Source of the DNA: the human T2T-CHM13v2.0 reference genome, Homo sapiens
Length of the DNA stretch: 64,000 nt
Reading direction: 5' to 3' (one strand)
Assembly: GCF_009914755.1 (NCBI RefSeq)
Contig: NC_060941.1
The notes under the pieces were generated by a model. The model was not told the DNA's origin. It saw only the letters and a list, made by a program, of their open reading frames with translations, and made no database searches. Made by a program: the position numbers and the translations under genes. This document shows, piece by piece, positions 41,650 to 64,000 of this stretch (positions within the stretch are counted from its first letter, which is position 1; each line of letters opens with the position of its first letter).

Positions 41650-42580
41650 AACCATAAAATTTACCGTGTAACCATTTTAAATGTACAATTCAGTGGCATT
41701 AAATACATTCTTAATGTTGTGCAACCATCACTACCATTCATCTCCAGACCTCTTTTCATCTTGTAAAACTAAAACTCCATACCCATAAACAGTAACTCCC
41801 CATTCCTTCCTCTCCCTATCCCCTGGCAGCCACCATTTTACTTTCTGTCTCTTGGATATCAGCTACTCCAGGAACCTCATATAAGTGGATTGTACAGTAT
41901 TTGCTTATTTAACTTAGCGTATGGTCCTCAAGGTTCGTCATGTTGCAGGATATCAGAATTTTCTTTCTTTTTAATGCTGAATAATATTCCATTGTATGTA
42001 CGTAACACATTTTGTTTATCCATTCCTCTGTCAATGGTCATATGGATTTCTTCCACATTTTAGCTATTGTGGGTAATGCTGTCATGAACAAGGCTGTACA
42101 GATATCTCTTCAAGACCCTGTTTTCAGTTCTTTGGGGGTATATACCCAGAAGTGGAATTGCTGGATCATATGATAATTCTATTTTTAATTTTATGAGGAA
42201 CCACCATATTTTTGTTTTCCACAGTGACTCAACCATTTTACTTATGTTCCCACCAACAGTGCATAAGGGTTCTGATTTCTCCGCATCCTCACCAACACTT
42301 CTTATTTTCTGCATTTTTGTGGTAGTAGCCATCCTAATGAGTATGAAGTGAAATCTCTTTGTAGTTTGGATTTGCATTTCCCTAATGATTAGTGAGGTTG
42401 AACATCTTTTCATGTGCTTATTTAAGGCCATTTGTATATCTTCTTTGGAGAAATGTTTGTTTAAGTTCTTTGCCCATTTTTTATTTAGTTTTTTGTTGTT
42501 CAATTTTGGCAGTTCTCTATGTATTCTGGATATTAATCCCTTATCACATATATGGTTTGCAAATATTTCAGATTTTTTTA
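41650..42580 (-). mobile_element. L1MB-like 3' end including the ORF2 C-terminus
   Basis: Track ORF 42060..42503(-) [47 protein letters not shown] matches the L1 ORF2p C-terminal region. Confidence 0.88.
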
Positions 42581-42691
42581 TGTGTGAAAATATGCTTTTA
42601 AATCCTCAAGAGTTACGTTCTTAAATTGAATATATTCTTAACTATTCTTAAATCTTGGAAGTCCTTACATTTTGTTTTTATCTCTTCTTAG

Positions 42692-42787
42692 GCCAGTACT
42701 AAAGTGGAAGTGGACATGGAGAAAGCAGAAAGCCTGCAAGTGATGAGAGGAGACTTCCTTGCTTCTTTGGAGAATGATATCAAACCA
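42692..42787 (+). CDS. NSF: NSF-type exon 13 (96 bp), aa ~459-490, end of D1
   Basis: cttcttag|GCC... translates [32 protein letters not shown]|gtgagt, phase 0 at both ends. Confidence 0.96.
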
Positions 42788-43653
42788 GTGAGTATGCCCA
42801 TTGAGTGATATATAGGCCAAAAAGTAATGATAATAATAACTCAGGCGAAACGTAAGTGCCATTTACTCAGTATTATGGAAGGTTATAGCATATGCAGTTT
42901 CATAAAATGAGAAAATTTTAGTATTGGAAATGTTCAGTATGAGAAACATCTGTACAATAATCCTAGTGGCTGGTGATATTATTTACTGAAATATTTTCAT
43001 GATAGGAAGCTTACCATCTTGTAAGGCAGGCCATTCAATTTTGAGACTTTCCAGTTATTGTTTTACTTTATATTGAACTAGAACTAATTTTCTTATTGGT
43101 TCTTATACAATCCCAAGCTACAGAAACCTAACTTCAGTCCATCTTCCATATGTCAGTTATTAGGATATTTAAAATTAACTCTCATATCCTCCTCTGTCTC
43201 TCTCTCTCTCTCTCTTTCTCTTCCTTTCCTCAGCCTCTTCCAAGGCATCCCTTTTTCTTGCTCAGTACATTTAGTTTCTCTGACTACTATAGTTTCTAAG
43301 ACTTAAAAAGTGTCAGTTTTCTTAAAACGCATTCAAAATGGTCATAGTTGGAGCTTTAGAATACAGTTTAAGGTTATTAACCCATTTTCCTATAAAACAA
43401 CTACTAACATTTGAGTAACTTTTGTTTAGAGTCCTGTGTTAATACAAAAACAAATTGTAGAAAGTCCCAGTTCTTAAAGAAGTGTGTGCTTTTCTTTCTT
43501 AAATGGACCTCAGGTCCATTAAGATTAATCTTAATCTTTATGACACACTGTTATTAGTCTGTATTTTCATGGCGTGTAAAATAACATATGGTATATGTAG
43601 TTTTCTGGGACTTGCTATTTATTAAATATTTTATTACCAAGAGTCATCTATAT

Positions 43654-44492
<839 letters not shown>

Positions 44493-44680
44493 TCATTCAT
44501 TTTCATGCTGAATAGCATTCCATTGTGTGAGTACCACAATTTATCTATTTTCCTGTCAATTGTGAATGTTACCAGTTTTTTGTTATTAAAAAAAGATTTG
44601 TCGTAAGAATTCTTGAATGAATTTCTCTTATTTAGGAATAAAATTATTAGGTTGTTGGATATATGAATGTCCCGCTTTAA

Positions 44681-45057
<377 letters not shown>

Positions 45058-45079
45058 CTCAGCATCTGTTTGTTTTTAA

Positions 45080-47911
<2,832 letters not shown>

Positions 47912-47939
47912 CGTTTGACTTTTAAATAGGTATTTTAAT

Positions 47940-51330
<3,391 letters not shown>

Positions 51331-51339
51331 CCTTTGTGC

Positions 51340-53380
<2,041 letters not shown>

Positions 53381-53560
53381 TATATCTACATACATATACA
53401 ATGCATGTATGATACCTTTGGCTACTACATCCTTCTTAAATTTCCTGTTGCCACTTATGACCTGATTTCCTTGACCAGTTATTCCTCCTTCAAACATCCC
53501 TCTTACATGTGATAGTCCTCAGCATTTAGTTTCCCCAACTTTCCCCTAATTATCAGTTGA

Positions 53561-53872
<312 letters not shown>

Positions 53873-54179
53873 AAAATATCAATGACTTCTAGATCCATTT
53901 TCCTACCTAGACCTCTTTTCTAAACTCCAGATATATATTTCCAACTGCCTGTGCTGTCCGCCATAAACTCCACATTGTAGGAAATAGAAAGGAGTTATAA
54001 AAGTTTAGGTTCAAAGCAAAATTTAAAAACTCATAAATGAGACAAAATTTTGTGATGATAAAGGCTATGGTCCACAATGAAGATATGAAAGTAATGAACC
54101 TTTCTATAAAATGTATAGGTGATAGAGCTGGTCCCCAACTTTAAGCCTTTCAGCGATTCAAGTAACTACAGAACATCGT

Positions 54180-54526
54180 TAAAGTACTGAGAGAAATGTC
54201 AATCCAGAATTCTATATCCAGCAAAAATACCCTTCAACAATTAAGGCAAAAAGAAAAAGAAGAAAGACATTTTGGATGAAGAAAATCTAAGAGAATGTGT
54301 TGGCAGAAGTTCTGCTCTAAAATAAAAGTAAAAGAAGGTCTTTAGGCCAAAGGAAAATTATACCAGTGGTAATACTAGAACTTCAGAGATAAAGAGCAGC
54401 AGAAATGGTATCTGGGAAAATTTAAAAATGCAAACGGTTGTTTCTCCTCTTAAGCTCTTTAAAATATGTATAGTGGTTGAAAGCAAAAGTTAAAACACTG
54501 CTGAGACTTTCAATGTATGTAGATAT
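54180..54526 (+). mobile_element. Old L1M ORF1 3' end and spacer, sense orientation
   Basis: aaagtactga...ccagaattctatatccagcaaaaatacccttcaa resembles the ORF1p PRILYPAK region. Confidence 0.75.
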
Positions 54527-54678
54527 ACGTATATATATCTACATATATATACATATATATGTATATACATGTAGAGGTAATAATGGTAGCTATTTTATGG
54601 AGCTGATCTGAGGATAAAATGAAAGAATGCATTTTAAAGTGCTTAGCACAATGTCTGGCAAATAGAAAGCACTCTATA

Positions 54679-55049
<371 letters not shown>

Positions 55050-56006
55050 CTAGAAGTCTGAAAACGCAGGAGTCAACTCTGAAAAATCTACAGTGGTTTC
55101 TGGGGTTCAATCTTGGCATGACTTTACCCCTGCATCTCTGCCCTCAGCAGGTAGTTTTGTTTATGGGTGTCATTGGTTGAACAAATAATTGTTTTAGTTG
55201 CTACAATAAATAAAACATGATCTGTGCTCTAAAGGAGTCAACAGATGAGCCAGGGGGGCATGAGTAATTGCCTGTAATATAATTGTGCTCACGCTGTCAT
55301 GGAGGACCGTACAAAGTGTCAGAAGCACAGTGCCAGGAGGCACAGCAAAGGGTAGTAGAGGTGACATTTGAGCCCAGCCTTGAAAACTGTCTAGGATTTC
55401 TCAGCATTTCAGCAAAGTAAGGCAATTTCTGTCTAAAATATATAGGCAAAGTTTTTATTAAAAATACGAGAAATTAATTAAATAACAGATTATGACCACA
55501 ATGCAGATTTAAAAACTAAGGTATGATGAGTGCCGTTGACCGGTTCATCCAGACAGTTCAGAGAACAGAACATCCATGTAGATCCTTCTTGTATTACAGA
55601 ATACAAAGGAGCGGAAAATTTTGCCTCAGTAACTGCCAGGTCATTCTAATTAAAGTACCTATACATTGTAATATAATTCCTCCATTAAGGTAACAGCCAA
55701 TCAGGTGGTACAGAGTCTGTGCCATTCAGTCAAGAAATTCACTCCCTTAACCTAGACTGTGCTGGAAGTTCATTGACAAATTTTGTTCTTTGGTTCTCCA
55801 TTTTTCTTCAGAATTCATGCAGACCACTTGACTTCCTTAGCATTTTCTTTTGTGGGCGTATATTAATGTCTTTGGTTAAGCTTCAGCTTCCGTTTGCATC
55901 AATCCTGTTGTAATCGTGCCTCCTGAGGCATCTTTTTGCTTCCCTTGCATCAGTTTCCAAAATCCTACTTTCTGCTTGGTAAGGGGAGTATCCATTTTCT
56001 TTAAAG

Positions 56007-57121
<1,115 letters not shown>

Positions 57122-57949
57122 ATATATTTACCTTTATGTGAATTTAAAATGTGTGGGCGTGACCAAGTCGTCTGCCGGCTGTTATATAAAGGAGACTTTA
57201 TCATCAACATGCTCATCATCAGTCACAAACTGCCTATTTGGAACTCCCTTCAGTTCTCAGAGGATGGAAACATTCTTTAAGCGGCCTTGTAGAAATCCTA
57301 TTCCATGTTAACATGCCAACCAATTTTACTTTCCCAGAGCCACAGAATGATATCTCATTGTATGCCTCAATTCAATCACCTTTCCATTTTCAAGGACCGA
57401 TTTCAATTCCTGATTGGCTACTTGATCTGACTGCTTCCTGCTAATCTTGTTGCCTATTGTCTATATTCCATTTCTCATTGAATTAACCTTGATCAAATCT
57501 GAGAACTCTGCTTAGTAATGACTCCAGGTATACTATACCCACTTTTGTAGCTTATTCAACACCCTCTTCAATCCTGGTTCCACTTCCTGTGACTGAAATG
57601 ATTACCTGTGAAATATTATTTAACTTTTGGACAATGATGTGTTTCTAACCTGTGACCATTTCACATAGCCACTCAAATATGGTAAAGGTATGGTAAAGAT
57701 GATGAAACAGTTACTTGGCATCATTTTGTAAGTAATGAGTTTTTAGTGCGCTTTGGACCTTGAGACCACTTCATAAGCTTTAGATTTTGAGAATTTCACA
57801 GCATAAAGCTCATCGCTGATGCAGTAATGAAGGAAATGTTCTACAAGTTAATAGATGAGTGAGAGGAGAGGGCATTCATATTAGATTTATTTACTTACTG
57901 AACTCAGAGCCTTGGGTTACTACTTGACCCCCACTGTTATCTAGTTTAA

Positions 57950-58941
<992 letters not shown>

Positions 58942-59592
58942 TTACTTGCTCATTGTTTTATTCATTCACTCAATCAACAGACCATCTATCCTGTATTGTA
59001 TGCCAAGAACTGTGCTTTGTTCTGGGAATGAAAAAAGAATAAGATATGTTTTCCTCTGGCACTTATGGAGCTTATAAACCAGTGACAGAGGAAGGTGCAT
59101 AAACAAATCAACAAAGAATTAACTTTACTATTCTTATTAATTTCTAATACAATAAATTTGACTATTTGTATCATTTGAGTTTCATGAATATAATCATATT
59201 CTACACTTACAAAATGAAATAGACATAAGAAAGAACTGGTGATGTAAGAAATTCACAGAAATGTGTAAAATATTTCAAGAATTAACACTCAGTAGATATT
59301 TGCATTGTCAAAGAAGCTTATACATGCAGATGAACCTCTAGTTGTTTTAGTTGCTTGTAAAATGTATAGAGGTATGTGTATTTCCTCTTTAAGCAGGGGT
59401 AACTTGGGGTGGGGGATGGGTGGGTTCATCTTATCTATTCTTCAGGTCATGTTCTCAAGAAGGAGCTACTGAATGGGAAGACTGAAACAATTTCTTTTCT
59501 TTGCACAGTTGGTATTGATAAATCTCAGGTGTATCCAAAATAAAATCTCTGGCAGGCTGTGATATTTGTGGGTCTGTCTCTTGTGACTTTAG

Positions 59593-59715
59593 GTTCCTCT
59601 TGGCAGCAGACATAAGGCAGTTGCACATCAGGCCCTTGCCTGAAACAGCTCCTGATGCCAAGAACTGGTGAATTACTACTTTGGTTTCAATGGATGGTCA
59701 GAAAGGATCATCAGG
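59593..59715 (+). pseudogene. RDM1-like exon 3, disabled
   Basis: tttag|VPLGSRHKAVAHQALA*NSS*CQELVNYYFGFNGWSERIIR|ataaac versus RDM1 VRLGTRHKAVQHQALALNSSKCQELANYYFGFNGCSKRIIK. TGA at 59641 and 59653, and the donor reads AT instead of GT. Confidence 0.9.
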
Positions 59716-60115
59716 ATAAACTTTGTGGATTTTCTCTCACTAACCACGCTCTCCTTTCAACATTGAAATTCTAGACTTTAGACAGAAGTATTGAACTGGG
59801 TTACAGGGAGGGGATGTGAGAGGCCCCCTGCCATTGAGGATAAGTGGACATGTCTGAATTGGCCTGCTACCTAAAATTAATAATCTCAATCACTTGGATG
59901 GTGGTGTCCATAATTTTCTCCACTGTTTGTGTGGCATATAATAAGTAATGGTTGCACCTAGCAATTCATTTACAAATCTTACTTGATTTTGAAGCCATAG
60001 AACACCTCAACTGTTAGCTTGAATGACTGGAGTTTAGTTTTTATTTCTCAGAACAAAACAGTTTGAAGCCTAATTAACATCCTCGGAAGGAACTTAACAC
60101 TAAAACTCCTAACAG

Positions 60116-60277
60116 CTTCAGTTTTCTGACCTTGAAGAAAGGGAAAATGAAGAGACCATGGTGCCACTTCCGAAGCAAAGGCTGAAGTTCTGTGCTTTAG
60201 AGGTGGTGTTGCCATCCTATGATTGCAGGAGTCTGGCCTTGGCTTGGTGGAGGAGCCTGTGGATAAGGCGAAGGAAG
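60116..60277 (+). pseudogene. RDM1-like exon 4 (162 bp), AG/GT intact, 1-nt deletion near 60233
   Basis: ctaacag|LQFSDLEERENEETMVPLPKQRLKFCALEVVLPSYDCRS, then GLGLVEEPVDKAKE in the shifted frame, |gtctgt. RDM1 reads LQELSDLEERENEDSMVPLPKQSLKFFCALEVVLPSCDCRSPGIGLVEEPMDKVEE. Confidence 0.9.
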
Positions 60278-60469
60278 GTCTGTTTTCATTGGGGGTAGAG
60301 GAGGGTAAGGAGTTGAAATGGGAAGGATCTCTTTTTTCTTGCTGTCTAAAACTTGTCTTTTCAGACACATATCAAGCCTTTCCCTCTCTGAGCTACTGAA
60401 GTCCTGGGCAGAGGTTTTCTGTCTTACAATACAGACTTTTACCTTAGGCAATACCTGACAGAGCCTTTA

Positions 60470-62531
<2,062 letters not shown>

Positions 62532-62890
62532 AACAAAGCTTTTTTTCAGTGAGTGATTCCAGCCCTTGATGCATAGGAGGGTGGGGTCCATAGGAGTGTA
62601 GCCTTAACTGATGAATTAAATCTCTGGGTGATGTGAGATATGTGCCAGGTTCTTGGCTTATGTCTCCCTCTAGTACTTTAGGAACTTCCCAACTAGATGG
62701 AGGCAGTAAAAATGGGCCCTGCCAGGATGTACCTATAACAGAGACGTTCAACCATACCCTTGTGCTGTCTGCCTTTAATCACGAAGATTATGAGCTAAGA
62801 TTCGTGGATGCATTTTTATTTTTTAACCAACATGTAGCAATGATCACTCAGATAGGCATCTTAAATCCATTAGTTTGGGTTGGATTTAAG

Positions 62891-62984
62891 ACCGTTGTCA
62901 TTCCTATGAAAGGGAAGATAGCCCAGATTGCTATTGAGAAGGCTTTGTCAGATGCATTCCAGAAACTGTTGATTGTGGTTCTAG
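62891..62984 (+). pseudogene. RDM1-like exon 5 (94 bp)
   Basis: tttaag|...MKGKIAQIAIEKALSDAFQKLLIVVL|gtaaaa versus RDM1 MKRKTAQKLAIQKALSDAFQKLLIVVL. It lies inside track ORF 62633..63028. Confidence 0.9.
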
Positions 62985-63031
62985 GTAAAACTTTCTTAAT
63001 CGTCGTTGAAGTACTTCAGTTTCAGTGAGCA

Positions 63032-63037
63032 AATAAA
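63032..63037 (+). terminator. Candidate polyadenylation signal AATAAA
   Basis: Lies 3 nt after the TGA (63026-63028) that closes ORF 62633..63028. Use is unproven. Confidence 0.3.
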
Positions 63038-63279
63038 CTCATTTTGAAAAGTTAATTGGATAAAAATATCGATATCTAAAACACTCCCTAGGATGCTTTC
63101 ATTTGCTAAGTTCTTTCACAGCGACAGGCTCAAATTTGTTCTTTGTGACATTTGTAGAAAAAATGACAGCAAATATTGTCCCTAGTTTATAGCTATAAAA
63201 GGACTTGCCTCAGGTCACACAGAAAATGTTTGAGGCAGGTCTTCTTTAATTGCATGCCTATCGTACAGAATAGTGATTA

Positions 63280-63500
63280 TAAGCCCTGGACACATGGATT
63301 TGAGTCCTAACTCTGTCTCTTAGATTTTTGTATGCAGTTTTAGGTCTTATGGCCAGAGAGATTTGAAGATATTTAATATCTCTAAGCTGCAATCTTTATC
63401 TGCAAACTGGGGTTAGTAATCCAATCAACCTTATTGCTGATATTGTAAGAAAAAATGAGATGACAAGTGTAAAAACTCAGAACTATACTTACAAGGTAAG
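63280..63500 (+). mobile_element. MIR
   Basis: ggatttgagtcctaactctg...tttatctgcaaactggggttagtaat. Confidence 0.55.
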
Positions 63501-64000
63501 CAGACAAAATATGCTATTGTTGTGATTGTTTTCTCTCTGAATAAATAAACTCTGCTGAAGAATTTATTAGATTATGTTTCTCGAATCGAGAATTCAGTTC
63601 CAGCTCTCATTTCTGGCACTGACATATTGGCCAAATATGATTCTTATACAATAATCAGCTGCTTTGCTGTGAGCCTTGGAAGTGGTCATGCTGTTGAATG
63701 GCACTGCTTGTATTTCCTATTCAGTTCTACAGTGGCACAAATGTCATAGCCTGTGCCCAAAGGAAACCTGGTGTTTAACGAGTCCCTGAACAGAGTTGCC
63801 TTTCTGCTTCACAACCCTGAAGGCTTAGAGACTGAGATTGTAATTAAGTTACTACAGACCTTTATTTGCTTGTAAGAGGTGGCCCTGATTGCTCTCAGCT
63901 TTCCAACCTGGGCAGCCCTTCTAGTGAAAGTCTTACTTCCTTGGTCATCAACTGTCAAGTCTGAGTAATGACATTTAATAACCAAGCTAAATGTGTGGGT

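Noticed and set aside
42060-42503. Longest ORF (147 aa), L1 ORF2p-like
   Set aside because: Fragment of a dead L1MB element. The same applies to 51620..51874.
59447-59511. Possible extra small exon (ttcttcag|GTCATG...CAGTTG|gtattg) before RDM1-like exon 3
   Set aside because: Only weak splice-like dinucleotides, no recognisable homology, and a stop in phase 0.
62633-62890. N-terminal part of the 131-aa ORF as a standalone gene
   Set aside because: It starts at GTG in intron-like sequence. Only 62891-62984 resembles RDM1.

Overview
Human (or great-ape) genomic DNA, repeat-rich and mostly intronic, with no prokaryotic features. The + strand carries five intact, correctly phased exons of NSF (vesicle-fusing AAA+ ATPase), encoding residues ~249-490. 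This is most of the D1 ATPase domain, with Walker A GPPGCGKT, pore loop KYVG, Walker B IIIFDE and arginine fingers RPGR. The next NSF exon (AFGTNQEDY..., start of D2) is not found in the remaining 21 kb. Instead an Alu is cut at ~45057, Alu density roughly doubles, and three decayed RDM1 exons appear at 59.6-63.0 kb. This layout fits the 17q21.31 segmental duplication: the partial copy NSFP1 joined to the RDM1-pseudogene/LRRC37A-type duplicon. The locus assignment rests on recalled reference sequences, not a database search. The main finding is that splicing NSF exon 13 to RDM1-like exons 4 and 5 gives an uninterrupted frame, because three 1-nt losses cancel out. Read-through of the last exon ends at a TGA with AATAAA 3 nt later, predicting a ~589-aa NSF(N+D1)-RDM1 chimera that lacks D2. 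Other observations: two NSF missense differences (V361M, T476M), a tailless 40-nt 5S rRNA retrocopy with a 15-bp TSD, a twin-primed L1, a ~1.1-kb inversion splitting an old L1, a templated insertion scar, a triplicated Alu monomer, and a stop-free 429-nt circRNA candidate. Repeat boundaries and subfamilies were judged by eye and are approximate.
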